A stretch of DNA of 64,000 nt from Thermoplasmata archaeon. GTDB taxonomy: Archaea > Thermoplasmatota > E2 > JACPAO01 > JAHFTW01. Location of the stretch: contig JAHFTW010000009.1 in assembly GCA_023269235.1 (NCBI GenBank), positions 11,872 to 75,871 on the forward strand, written 5' to 3'. Below, piece by piece: positions 18,702 to 27,479 of the stretch (within the stretch, counting starts at the first letter, position 1; each line of letters begins with the position of its first letter). Below the pieces are notes generated by a model. It was not told the DNA's origin. It ran no database searches and saw only the letters and a list, made by a program, of their open reading frames with translations. Both the position numbers and the translations under genes were made by a program.

Positions 18702-20345
18702 CTATTCCCGGCGTCCTTTGAACGCCTCGCTCCACAGCACCATGACGAGCGTCCAGAGGGCGGCGACGGCGGCGGAGGCGAAGAGGAACTGGCCGACGCG
18801 GCCGGACGAGGCGCCGGAGGCGTACACGATGCCGAGCCCGATGAGGAGGGCCGCCATCATGACGGTGAAGGCCATCTTGAGGACGCCGCGGCCCTGCGCC
18901 TGCTTGATGCCCTCGAGGCCGACCAGATCCACGCGCGTCGTGATCTCGTTGCGCTCGATCTTCCGGAGCACGGTGTTGAGGGTGTGCGGCAACGTGCGGC
19001 CGAACTTCAGCACCTCCCCGATGGTCTCCTGGACGAGGTCCTTCTGCGCGCGCGGGTCGGAGAGGTTGCGCCACAGAATCTGCTGGACGAACGGCTGCAG
19101 GACCTCCGTGAGGTCGAAGGCCGGGTCGAGGGCGCGGCAGAAGCCCTCGAACTGGAACAGGGCCCGCGTGATGAGGGCGAAGTCGGGCGGCAGGAGCATC
19201 TTGTGGCTGCGCGCGATGCCGACGATGAGGTCCATGAGGACCGGGTCGGCAACACTCACGGACTCGCGCTCGAAGTAGTCCACGATGCGCTCGACGTCGG
19301 ACTGGAACCGTTTCACGTCCAGCTCGGCGCGCTGGTCGCACAGGTCGAGGATGGCCTGCCCGGTCTCCTCGGGGTCGCCCTTGCTGATGCTGGTGATGAG
19401 CGCCAGGATGGTCTTGGCGCGCCGTTCCGTGACGAGGCCGACGGCGCCGAAGTCGAGGAAGACGACGGTGCTGGTGCCCTGGACCATGAGGTTGCCGGGG
19501 CTCGGGTCGGCGTGGAAGAGGCGGTCCACGAAGATCTGCTTCGCCATCGCGGTGGTGAGGTTGCGGGCCACGGCGCGGCGGTCGAGGAGGGCGACCTCGG
19601 GGCCGTCGAGGCGGCTGAGCTTCGTGCCCTCGATGAACTCCATCACCAGCAGGCGCTTGCCGCACAGGCCGGGATAGACCGCCGGGATGTGCACGGTGGC
19701 GTCGCCGCTGAAGTTGGCGCACACCTGCTTCGTCGTGCGCATCTCGTAGCGGTAGTCCAGCTCGCGCTCCAGCATCAGCCGCAGCTCCTCGAGGTGGTCC
19801 ATGGGCTGCCAGACGCGGCTCTCCGAGAACGTCTTCTCGATGAAGGTGACGAGCCCCTTGAGAATCTGGAAGTCGAGCACCATGCGCTGCTCGATGCCGA
19901 CGTGCTGCACCTTGACGGCGACGGGGGTGCCGTCGAGCAGGGTCGCCTTGTGGACCTGGCCGATGCTGGCGCTCGCGATGGGGCGCGTCTCGAAGGTGGC
20001 GAACACCTCGGACGGGTCGCGGCCGAGCTCCTCCCGCAGGACGCGCTGCACCTCGTCGGCGGGGCTTGGCGGCGTCTGGTCGTAGAGCTTGCTGAACTCC
20101 TCGACGTAGCTTTTCGGCACCAGGTCGGGGCGCGTGGCCAGGAGCTGACCGAGCTTGATGAAGGTCGGGCCGAGGGCCTCCAGGAGTTCGCGGACCTTGA
20201 TGGCGCGGGGGGCGCCGTCCTCGTCGTCCTCCTCCTCGTCCATCATGTCGCGCAGAAGGGACCACGCGTTGTGCCGGAGGAGGATGGCGACGATCTCGTT
20301 GAAGCGCGTCAGGCGCGAGGTGCCAACGAAGACCGTCCTGGCCAC
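18702..20345 (-). CDS. ABC1/UbiB-family atypical kinase with a C-terminal TM anchor
   Basis: FIKLGQLLATRPDLVP, ASIGQVHKA and FHADPSPGNL are hallmark UbiB/ADCK motifs. Confidence 0.85.
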   Translation of the reverse strand: MARTVFVGTSRLTRFNEIVAILLRHNAWSLLRDMMDEEEDDEDGAPRAIKVRELLEALGPTFIKLGQLLATRPDLVPKSYVEEFSKLYDQTPPSPADEVQRVLREELGRDPSEVFATFETRPIASASIGQVHKATLLDGTPVAVKVQHVGIEQRMVLDFQILKGLVTFIEKTFSESRVWQPMDHLEELRLMLERELDYRYEMRTTKQVCANFSGDATVHIPAVYPGLCGKRLLVMEFIEGTKLSRLDGPEVALLDRRAVARNLTTAMAKQIFVDRLFHADPSPGNLMVQGTSTVVFLDFGAVGLVTERRAKTILALITSISKGDPEETGQAILDLCDQRAELDVKRFQSDVERIVDYFERESVSVADPVLMDLIVGIARSHKMLLPPDFALITRALFQFEGFCRALDPAFDLTEVLQPFVQQILWRNLSDPRAQKDLVQETIGEVLKFGRTLPHTLNTVLRKIERNEITTRVDLVGLEGIKQAQGRGVLKMAFTVMMAALLIGLGIVYASGASSGRVGQFLFASAAVAALWTLVMVLWSEAFKGRRE

Positions 20346-20399
20346 ATCGGTCCTACCCAGCCGGGGGTGATAAGCCGGAGGGCCGTCCTCTCTGTCGCT

Positions 20400-20861
20400 T
20401 CAGGAGGAGCCGAGCTTGACGATGCGCTCGTAGTGCGCCTTGTCCACTGGCTGGACGGAGAGCTGCATCGCCTTTCCGGAGGTGAGAAGGAGGCCCTTCA
20501 GCTTGGCGTCCTCCTTGAGCTCCTCGAGCGGGACGAAGCGCTTGAACGCCGCGGAGTAGGCGAGGTCCACCTGGAACCACGTCGGCTTCTCCGGGTTCGA
20601 CTTGGGGTCGAAGTGGTGGTCACCCTTGTCGAAGGCGGTGCCGTCCGGGTACGCGGTGCGGGCGACGGTGGCAAGGCCCGCGGCGCCGGGCGGCGCGGCG
20701 TTGGAGTGGTACACGATGACCTTGTCGCCCACCTTCATCGCCTGCATGGAGTTGCGCGCCTGGTAGTTGCGCACGCCGCTCCAGCCGGTCGTCCGGTCGC
20801 GCTCCAGGTCGGCGAGGGAGTAGCTCGTCGGCTCGGTCTTCATGAGCCAATGCTGCACCAT
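20400..20861 (-). CDS. EVE (PUA-like) domain protein
   Basis: WLMKTEPTSYSLADL ... WSGVRNYQARNSMQAMKVGDKVIVYHS matches the stand-alone EVE/Thy28-like pattern. Confidence 0.8.
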   Translation of the reverse strand: MVQHWLMKTEPTSYSLADLERDRTTGWSGVRNYQARNSMQAMKVGDKVIVYHSNAAPPGAAGLATVARTAYPDGTAFDKGDHHFDPKSNPEKPTWFQVDLAYSAAFKRFVPLEELKEDAKLKGLLLTSGKAMQLSVQPVDKAHYERIVKLGSS

Positions 20862-20915
20862 GGCCGTGCCATCGGGTCCGCGGCTTGACGGTTGGGGTCG
20901 GTGCGCGCGAAAGGG

Positions 20916-21218
20916 CTAGTGGCTGTGGCCCTGGTGGCCGTCGTCGTCGCCGCAGTCTCCGCAGTCCCCGCAGTCGCAGTCGTCGCCGCAGCACTTGCAG
21001 CCGCCGCTGGGCCCGCACGCGTCGCCGCAGCAGTCGCAGCCCCCGGAACAGCCGGAGCCACACCAGCTGGAGAGCGAAAGCAAGGCCAAGCTGACGATGA
21101 CGGTCAGGTTGAGGAAGATGAACGCGAGGTCGTTGGAGACCCAGGCGGGCTTGGCCCACCAGATGTAGAGGAACTCCAGCAATCCGAAACCGAGCAGCGT
21201 CCAGGCAGGCCAGCGCAT
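20916..21218 (-). CDS. membrane-anchored Cys/Asp-rich (metallothionein-like) protein, paralog B (100 aa)
   Basis: Two hydrophobic helices, then SWCGSGCSGGCDCCGDACGPSGGCKCCGDDCDCGDCGDCGDDDGHQGHSH. G/C-rich third positions on this strand. The antisense ORF is low-complexity Ala/Val. Confidence 0.55.
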   Translation of the reverse strand: MRWPAWTLLGFGLLEFLYIWWAKPAWVSNDLAFIFLNLTVIVSLALLSLSSWCGSGCSGGCDCCGDACGPSGGCKCCGDDCDCGDCGDCGDDDGHQGHSH

Positions 21219-21265
21219 GCCCGGAAACCTGGGCCCTCGTTCTTCAGGCTTGCGACCCGGCCCGG

Positions 21266-21598
21266 TCAGGCGTGGTCGTGCTCGCCGTCGCCGCAGTCCG
21301 AGCAGTCGCCGCAGTCGCAGTCGTCGCCGCAGCAGCCGCAGGAGCCGCCCTCGCAGCAGGGGCCGTCGTCGCAGCAGTCGCCGCAGGAGTCGTCGCAGCA
21401 CTGGGCGAGGACGGTGTTGCAGGCGGTCTGCAGGCCGAGGAGGCCGGCGGAGAGGACCAGGAGGCCGCCGATGACGAGGGGGCCGGCGAGCACGAGCAGG
21501 CTAACGTTGCCCGTGATGAAGGCGAACACGACGCCGGTGATGAAGAGCAGGAGACCGAAGAGGACGGCGAGCCAGGATGCGGCGGTGAAGTTGCGCAT
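21266..21598 (-). CDS. membrane-anchored Cys/Asp-rich (metallothionein-like) protein, paralog A (110 aa)
   Basis: Two TM helices, then QTACNTVLAQCCDDSCGDCCDDGPCCEGGSCGCCGDDCDCGDCSDCGDGEHDHA. Shares CCGDDCDCGDC-x-DCGD with paralog B. Confidence 0.6.
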   Translation of the reverse strand: MRNFTAASWLAVLFGLLLFITGVVFAFITGNVSLLVLAGPLVIGGLLVLSAGLLGLQTACNTVLAQCCDDSCGDCCDDGPCCEGGSCGCCGDDCDCGDCSDCGDGEHDHA

Positions 21599-21653
21599 GG
21601 CCCAGGCGTCGCGCGCGCCCTGATGAGGCTTTGGGAAGGCCGCGAAGCCACTC

Positions 21654-24600
21654 CTAGAACCAGGAGCTTAGGTCGCGCTGCGTGGCCAATTCGAGGGAAT
21701 CGAAGCCGAAGGCCCCCTTGACGTAGTCCTCGACCATGGACTTGTACCAGGTCCAGTCAATCATGCCGTCCTTGACCTTCTCGATGGGCCACATGTACTC
21801 GATGGGCTTGAGGCCGCGGTTCTTGGGCTCCTTGACGACGAGCTGGAAGCCGTGGCGCGCGAGGTCGGCCTTCTTCTGCTCCTGGCGCTCCTTCTCTTTG
21901 TAGAGCGGCAGCGGGTCGCGGCAGACGATGAACTTGAACTTGCGCGTCGCCGTGATGGTCTCGCCCAGCAGGTCCTCGAGGGCGGCGGTGCGCACGGCCT
22001 GGCTTCGGAGCGTGCCGTCGGGGTTCGGCTCGTAGCTCTTGATGCTGCTGACCGACTGCTTGAGCGTCAACTCGGCGCGCTCGGTCTTCGCGACCTGGAC
22101 CGTGGCCATGACCTCCTTGGTGGCCTTCTTGATGGCGACCTTGAGCGCCTCGCGCGCCTTGTCCTCGACGTCCCACGCGGCGGTCTCGGCGAGTGCCTTC
22201 TGCATGATGTCGCGCAGAAGCTCCTGGGCAAGCGGCGCCTTGTCGCTTCCCTTGAAGTTGTTCCCTTTCGTCTCCATCTCCAGCTTGCCGCCCTTGGCGT
22301 CGAAGATGAGGTAGTTCTTGTGCACCACGAAGACCATGGCGTCGTGCTGCTCGGCCTCCAGCTCGAAGCCCTCGTAGTCGAGCTGGCGACGGAACTTGGT
22401 GTTGGCCGCGGCGACGGCGCTGAGCGCCTTGTCCGGCATCGTGATCCACTTGTCCTGCTCCGGCTCGAGGTCGGCGCCCAGGGCGGCGGCGAGGTGCGGC
22501 AGGTTGCCCGCCGACTTGCTACACGCGAGGTAGATGCCGTCGGTGTCGCCGTACACGACGCGGATGCCTTGGCCCTCGAAGTCCGTGAGGGCGTCGTGCA
22601 AGATCTTCTGGCCGATGGTGGTGATGTTGGCGCCGCCCCAGACGTTGAACTGGCGGCAGGAGACGTTGACGGCGACGAGGATGCCGTGCGTGCCGGCGTT
22701 GCGGGCCGCCTTGAGGCTCGCGTACGTCATGTCGTGGATGCGGATCTCGTCCTTGGGCCGGTTGTCGCGCTTCGCCTTGGCCCGGGCGGACTTGACCTTC
22801 TGGATGGTGCTGAGCACGCCGGTCATGGCGAGGTTGACCATGCCGGGTTCGGGGTTGTGCTTGACGCCGATGAGCCAACCCTTGCCCTTCGTGAACGGGT
22901 CCTCCTTCTCGGCCTTCTTGACCTCGTATTTCCCGCTTGCCGCGAAGACGGGGTCTAGCTCGAACAGCCAGATCCAGTCGTCCACCTTCTCGCCCTTGCG
23001 CGCCGGCTGGACCGTGTCCGCGGTGAGGTTGCGCGCCTTGAGGATGGTCGGGTACATCGCGCCGACGTCGGCCGCGACGACGTGGAACCACGGGATGAGA
23101 TGGCTCTTCAGGTCGGAGTCCGGCTTGAGCGTCATGCCGCCCGGGATGGCGTAGCCGGTCGTGTCGTCCGGGTCGCCGAACTCGGCGCCCTCGGCCTTGA
23201 CGATGACGCCCGGGTGCTCGCACCAGAACGGCATCTCAGGGCCCTGCTTGGCGACGCGCACGAACTCCTTGTTGCCAGCACTCGTGCGCTCCTCGACGGG
23301 GAGGTTCATGATGCTGGCCGCGACCTCCTCGCGCGTCGGGAACGGCTTGTTGGGAAGGAAGCGCTGGATGCTGCGCGCGACGCCTTGGGCGCGGCAGGTC
23401 GCGGGCATGATTTTCCGCTGGCGGCGGGCCCGGATGAAGGCCATCTGGTCCCACATCTTCGTCGTCCCCGAGGTCAGCAGCTCGTCGAGGGGGAGGTTGA
23501 CGGTGAAGCAGAGCGGCAAGGCCTGCGCGATGAGCTGCATCGTGATGCCAAGCTGCTCCTGGATGTCGTGTTTGTTGTAGAGCAGCGTCTTGGGGCCGAG
23601 GTCCATCTCGTGCGGTTCCAAGTAGACGCGATCGGGGACGTCCACGCCGAGCCAGGGGGCGAGGCCCTTGAGGGTGAAGTCGTCGTGGAAGAAGTAGAAC
23701 TTGCGCGCCGCCATGAACGTGTCCAGGCTCGCGGGGTACCAGTTGGCGATCTCCTGCTTCGTGCCGAAATGGAACGAACTGTCGGGGCGCGAGTAGACGC
23801 CGGTGAACTCCTCGAACCACGCCTTCATGTTGGGGCTGATGGACTGCTTGCGCTGGTCTTTCTGGAGAAGCTCGACGATCCGCTCGTGGACTTGCTTGTT
23901 GTCGAACGAGAGGATGTTGTGGCCCGCCACCATGTCCTGCCGCGCCGCGTGCTGCGTGAAGCGAGCCAGGTTGTCAAGCTCCTCGTCCAGGTTGCGCGAG
24001 ACAAGTTGCGTCACCTCGGGCTCGGCCCAGTCGTTGGGGATGTGGCGGAAGCGAAAATCGAACTGCTCCGTCTCGAGGTCCTTTTGCGCCTCGTACTCGA
24101 CATCGAAGTGGGCGTACCCGATGATGTCAATCGGAAGCGAGCCCTGCGAGCTTCCGGTAGATGACCGCGGACGACCGTCCGCGGTCGTCGGAGTCTTGCC
24201 GTACTGCGTCGTCTCGATGTCGTACGTCATCACCTTGAGCGTGTTCGGGTGGCCCTTCGTGTCGAGAAGCCACCAGCCTTTCTCGGCGACCAGGTCGGCG
24301 TTGGCGCGCTCCGTGTACGGGACGTCGTGCTCGCAGGTGTAGAATCCGTGCTCGAAGAACAGCTTGTCCGAGATGTCGGGGACCCAGAACGAGCGGCGGG
24401 CGACGATGGGGATGACGTCGCGCGACTGGCCGTGGTTCCAGAACGACTTGTAGCGGATGGGCTCCTGGACCTCGAAGACCTTGGCGAGCGGCTCCTCCTC
24501 CGTGGACTTCCCGGCCGCAGCCGCGACCAGCTTGAGCAGCCGGTCGTGCGCCTTCTGGATGGACTCGTGCGGATCCTGCGGGAACGCCAGGAAGAAGGGC

Positions 24601-24677
24601 CGGTGGACCTTGTCGATGGGCTCCGGGGGCTTGCCCTGCCAGAACAGGTGGGTGTTCGACAGGTTCAGGAGGACCAC
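21654..24677 (-). CDS. polB: family-B DNA polymerase (GTG start)
   Basis: Exo I YDIET, Exo [11 protein letters not shown], Exo III YNKHD, motif [11 protein letters not shown], motif C YGDTDGIY. Motif B is atypical ([10 protein letters not shown]). Confidence 0.9.
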   Translation of the reverse strand: MVLLNLSNTHLFWQGKPPEPIDKVHRPFFLAFPQDPHESIQKAHDRLLKLVAAAAGKSTEEEPLAKVFEVQEPIRYKSFWNHGQSRDVIPIVARRSFWVPDISDKLFFEHGFYTCEHDVPYTERANADLVAEKGWWLLDTKGHPNTLKVMTYDIETTQYGKTPTTADGRPRSSTGSSQGSLPIDIIGYAHFDVEYEAQKDLETEQFDFRFRHIPNDWAEPEVTQLVSRNLDEELDNLARFTQHAARQDMVAGHNILSFDNKQVHERIVELLQKDQRKQSISPNMKAWFEEFTGVYSRPDSSFHFGTKQEIANWYPASLDTFMAARKFYFFHDDFTLKGLAPWLGVDVPDRVYLEPHEMDLGPKTLLYNKHDIQEQLGITMQLIAQALPLCFTVNLPLDELLTSGTTKMWDQMAFIRARRQRKIMPATCRAQGVARSIQRFLPNKPFPTREEVAASIMNLPVEERTSAGNKEFVRVAKQGPEMPFWCEHPGVIVKAEGAEFGDPDDTTGYAIPGGMTLKPDSDLKSHLIPWFHVVAADVGAMYPTILKARNLTADTVQPARKGEKVDDWIWLFELDPVFAASGKYEVKKAEKEDPFTKGKGWLIGVKHNPEPGMVNLAMTGVLSTIQKVKSARAKAKRDNRPKDEIRIHDMTYASLKAARNAGTHGILVAVNVSCRQFNVWGGANITTIGQKILHDALTDFEGQGIRVVYGDTDGIYLACSKSAGNLPHLAAALGADLEPEQDKWITMPDKALSAVAAANTKFRRQLDYEGFELEAEQHDAMVFVVHKNYLIFDAKGGKLEMETKGNNFKGSDKAPLAQELLRDIMQKALAETAAWDVEDKAREALKVAIKKATKEVMATVQVAKTERAELTLKQSVSSIKSYEPNPDGTLRSQAVRTAALEDLLGETITATRKFKFIVCRDPLPLYKEKERQEQKKADLARHGFQLVVKEPKNRGLKPIEYMWPIEKVKDGMIDWTWYKSMVEDYVKGAFGFDSLELATQRDLSSWF

Positions 24678-24696
24678 GACCGGGCGACCGGGGGCG

Positions 24697-24712
24697 GGCG
24701 CTTCAAGGTTCC
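24697..24712 (-). promoter_or_regulatory. TATA-like element for polB (minus strand GGAACCTTGAAGCGCC)
   Basis: ~28 nt upstream of the GTG start at 24677, in the polB/radA divergent spacer. Confidence 0.35.
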
Positions 24713-24798
24713 CAGGCCAGCCCCCGGACCACCACTTTCATCCCACCCCCCGTACTGTCCTAACTAGGGCCCAAGCCTTCTGGGGCTTGGTGCCACGA

Positions 24799-25851
24799 AT
24801 GGCGAAGAAACCCACGAGCCCGGTTGCCATGGAAGAAGACTACGACGCAACCTTTGATGACCAGTTGGACGCGGTGGCCGCAGCGGCGGACCCGAAGAAG
24901 GAAGGCCACATCCGCATGACGGTGGAGGACCTGCCCGGCGTGGGCCCCGCCACCGCGGAGAAGCTCAAGGAGTCCGGCTACGAGGACCTGATGGCCATCG
25001 CCGTCGCCTCCCCCGGCGACATCGCCGAGAAATGCGACATCGGCGAGGGCATCGCCCAGAAGATCATCAACGCGGCCCGCAAGCTCGCCGACGTCGGCGG
25101 CTTCGAGACCGGTCTCGAGGTGGCCGAGCGCCGCAAGACCGTCAACAAGATCGGCACCGGCTCCAAGGCCTTCGACGAGCTGATGGGCGGCGGCATCGAA
25201 ACCCAGTCCATCACGGAGTTCTACGGCGAGTTCGGCTCCTGCAAGACTCAGTTCGGCATGCAGCTGGCCGTCAATGTCCAGCGCAGCGAGGCCGAGGGCG
25301 GCCTGAACGGCCACGCCCTCTACATCGACACCGAGAACACGTTCCGCCCCGAGCGCATCACCCAGATGGCCAAGGCCATGGGCATGGACCCCAGCGAGGT
25401 CCTCAAGAAGATCCACGTCGCCCGCGCCTTCAACAGCAACCACCAGATGCTGCTGGCCGAGCGCGCCACGGAGATCTGCCGCCAGTTCCCGGTCAAGCTC
25501 ATCGTCGTGGACTCCCTGACGGCGCATTTCCGTGCCGAGTTCGTCGGCCGCGGCACGCTGGCCGACCGCCAGCAGAAGCTCAACCGCCACATGCACGACC
25601 TCCAGCGCCTGGCCGGCATCAACAACGCCGCCTGCGTCGTCACGAACCAGGTCAGCGCCAAGCCGGACGCTTTCTTCGGCGACCCGACCCGCCCCATCGG
25701 CGGCCACATCGTCGGCCACACCAGCACGTTCCGCATCTACCTCCGCAAGTCAAAGGGCGGCAAGCGCATCTGCCGCCTCGTGGACTCCCCTCACCTCCCC
25801 GAGGGCGAGGCCATCGTCAACGTGACCGAAGATGGGATTCGGGACGCATAG
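24799..25851 (+). CDS. radA: DNA repair and recombination protein RadA
   Basis: HhH N-domain ([18 protein letters not shown]), Walker A region GEFGSCKTQ, Walker B LIVVDSL, and the C-terminal RadA/Rad51 core. Has a ~40-aa acidic N-terminal extension. Confidence 0.95.
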   Translation: MAKKPTSPVAMEEDYDATFDDQLDAVAAAADPKKEGHIRMTVEDLPGVGPATAEKLKESGYEDLMAIAVASPGDIAEKCDIGEGIAQKIINAARKLADVGGFETGLEVAERRKTVNKIGTGSKAFDELMGGGIETQSITEFYGEFGSCKTQFGMQLAVNVQRSEAEGGLNGHALYIDTENTFRPERITQMAKAMGMDPSEVLKKIHVARAFNSNHQMLLAERATEICRQFPVKLIVVDSLTAHFRAEFVGRGTLADRQQKLNRHMHDLQRLAGINNAACVVTNQVSAKPDAFFGDPTRPIGGHIVGHTSTFRIYLRKSKGGKRICRLVDSPHLPEGEAIVNVTEDGIRDA

Positions 25852-25913
25852 TCCCGAAGCCTAGCAGGCGCGAAGCGCCTGCGGACTATCCGGCCGTCGC
25901 AAGACGGCCGGAT
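25840..25913 (+). terminator. three consecutive hairpins beginning across the radA stop codon
   Basis: CGGGAC-GCATA-GTCCCG (25840-25856, encloses the TAG). CAGGCGC-GAA-GCGCCTG (25865-25881). ATCCGGCCGTC-GCAA-GACGGCCGGAT (25888-25913, 11 bp with a GNRA loop). Confidence 0.5.
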
Positions 25914-25934
25914 GGGGGCATCCGAGACGCGTAG

Positions 25935-25970
25935 CCGCCTCCCTTTTCTCCCCCTTCCCCCCTCCCATCC
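25935..25970 (+). terminator. polypyrimidine tract (CCGCCTCCCTTTTCTCCCCCTTCCCCCCTCCCATCC); terminator for radA and/or promoter region of the next gene
   Basis: Pure C/T run with TTTT directly upstream of the ATG at 25971. Confidence 0.35.
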
Positions 25971-26162
25971 ATGTCCATGGCCTTTGAGAAGAACGGCTAC
26001 ACCCTGCATGCGCGCGAGGTCGTCCTCAAGGGCGGTCACAAGCAGGTCGTGTACTTCTTCAGCCAGCGCAATCCCAAGTCCGGCACCCCCGTCGAGATGC
26101 CCGAGGGCTACTCGGTTGCCCTCAACAAGCGCACCGGCCTTCCCTACCTGAAGAAAAGCTGA
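25971..26162 (+). CDS. small conserved protein (63 aa) consisting of one NGYTL...YFFS...RTGLP(Y/F)LKK module
   Basis: Clear similarity to residues ~105-165 of the protein at 44249-44992. No family name recognised. Confidence 0.6.
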   Translation: MSMAFEKNGYTLHAREVVLKGGHKQVVYFFSQRNPKSGTPVEMPEGYSVALNKRTGLPYLKKS

Positions 26163-26167
26163 CCCAC

Positions 26168-26180
26168 GCCCTTATGGGCC
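26168..26180 (+). promoter_or_regulatory. TATA-like promoter element (GCCCTTATGGGCC)
   Basis: ~28 nt upstream of the ATG at 26200. Confidence 0.4.
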
Positions 26181-26199
26181 CAAGCGGTCTGGAAGCGGC

Positions 26200-26904
26200 A
26201 TGGAGAGCGACGAAGCCCTCATCCTCGACTGCCCCGACTGCGGCGAGGAGCAGGGCCACGAGGTGCTGCGCGCGGCCGACTCCGGCTGGACCGTGCAGTG
26301 CGCGCGCTGCAAACGCATCCGCACGCTCCCCGCTCCGCGCCAGGAGCGCACCATGCCCGTCCCGGTCATCCTGAGCCGCGGTGCCACCTCCGAGAGCGCG
26401 CAGCTCCAGGTCCCCGTCGAGGCCGGCGTTTCCCTGAACGACGAGTACGAGCTCGACGGCCACCGCCTGCGCATCACCGCCATTGAGCTGCGCGACGGCA
26501 CCCGCCCCTCGCACGCCGCCGGCCAGGTCCTCAAGACGCTTTACGCGGTCGTGTTCGACACCGTCCGCCTCCACTACACGGTGAACCAGGGCGAGATCAC
26601 CACGAGCTACCAGGAGGACGTGTCGCCGGAGGAGGAGATCCACATCGGGACCGTCCGCGAGGTCAAGGGCATCAAGCTCGCCATCAAGACGTTGAAGTCG
26701 GACCAGAACCGCACCATCAACCGCGGCTTCCTCCTCGCCCGCAGCATCACGCGCGTCTTCGCCGACGTGGCGGGCAAACGCGCCCGCGCCGGCGACAAGG
26801 TGAAGACCCGCAGCCGCGGCGCCGGGCCGTGGGGCCAGGCGCGCACGAAGGGCCCCATCAAGCGCATAGGTCGCCCGCGCGGCTCGGGCCCCAAGAAATC
26901 CTGA
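26200..26904 (+). CDS. archaeal zinc-ribbon protein with a basic C-terminal tail
   Basis: N-terminal CPDC-x17-CARC zinc ribbon, a beta-rich middle and a KRARAGDKVKTRSRG...RPRGSGPKKS tail. Confidence 0.6.
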   Translation: MESDEALILDCPDCGEEQGHEVLRAADSGWTVQCARCKRIRTLPAPRQERTMPVPVILSRGATSESAQLQVPVEAGVSLNDEYELDGHRLRITAIELRDGTRPSHAAGQVLKTLYAVVFDTVRLHYTVNQGEITTSYQEDVSPEEEIHIGTVREVKGIKLAIKTLKSDQNRTINRGFLLARSITRVFADVAGKRARAGDKVKTRSRGAGPWGQARTKGPIKRIGRPRGSGPKKS

Positions 26905-26951
26905 GCCCGGTTGGGCCAAGGTTTTCATCCCTGGACCTTCCAGGAGCTGTC

Positions 26952-27338
26952 ATGCCTGCCAAGAAGGTCGCCAAGCCCGCCGCCAAGCCGTCGAAGCCGG
27001 TGGCCAAGCCGGCAGCGAAGCCTGCCGCGAAGGCCGCCCCGAAGACGGCTCCCGCCAAGCCGGCCGCGAAGGCTCCCACCAAGGTCCTCTCGGCCCCGAC
27101 GAAACTCGCGCCGGGCGTCACCAAGGCCCCGAAGGTCTCCGCGGACGAGGCGCCTGTGAAGGCGCCCGCCGAGAAGCTCTCCGGCAACACCATGGCGCTC
27201 ATTGAGGTCGTCAAGGACGGCCACTTCTTCATCGCCCGCACCGAGACGCACGCCGGCACGAAGGAGTACAAGAACACGGTCTTCGAGGATCTCCTGACGG
27301 AGATGCTCAGCACGCTGCAAGAGCAGCTGAACGACTGA
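26952..27338 (+). CDS. hypothetical protein with a Lys/Ala/Pro-rich (histone H1-like) N-terminal half and a small globular C-terminal domain
   Basis: MPAKKVAKPAAKPSKPVAKPAAKPAAKAAPK..., then MALIEVVKDGHFFIARTETHAGTKEYKNTVFEDLL. Confidence 0.5.
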   Translation: MPAKKVAKPAAKPSKPVAKPAAKPAAKAAPKTAPAKPAAKAPTKVLSAPTKLAPGVTKAPKVSADEAPVKAPAEKLSGNTMALIEVVKDGHFFIARTETHAGTKEYKNTVFEDLLTEMLSTLQEQLND

Positions 27339-27435
27339 GGCTGGAACCTGGCGAACTCATACGAAGCCTAGCGTGAGCCAGACCGCGTCCGCCTTGCTGC
27401 GCGCACGGCGGCGCTTCCGCTGCTTGGTCGGTTCC

Positions 27436-27466
27436 AAAGAAAGGGGAGAAGGAAGGGAAAAGGGAG
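27436..27466 (-). terminator. polypyrimidine tract on the minus strand, 14 nt after the rpl15e stop
   Basis: Minus strand reads CTCCCTTTTCCCTTCCTTCTCCCCTTTCTTT. Confidence 0.45.
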
Positions 27467-27479
27467 TGGATGAATCGCT

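Noticed and set aside
20892-21721. Plus-strand ORFs 20892-21623 and 21272-21721 opposite the Cys-rich genes
   Set aside because: Their translations are Ala/Val/Gly/Pro/Arg runs without structure. The minus strand gives TM helices plus a conserved Cys pattern shared by two paralogs.
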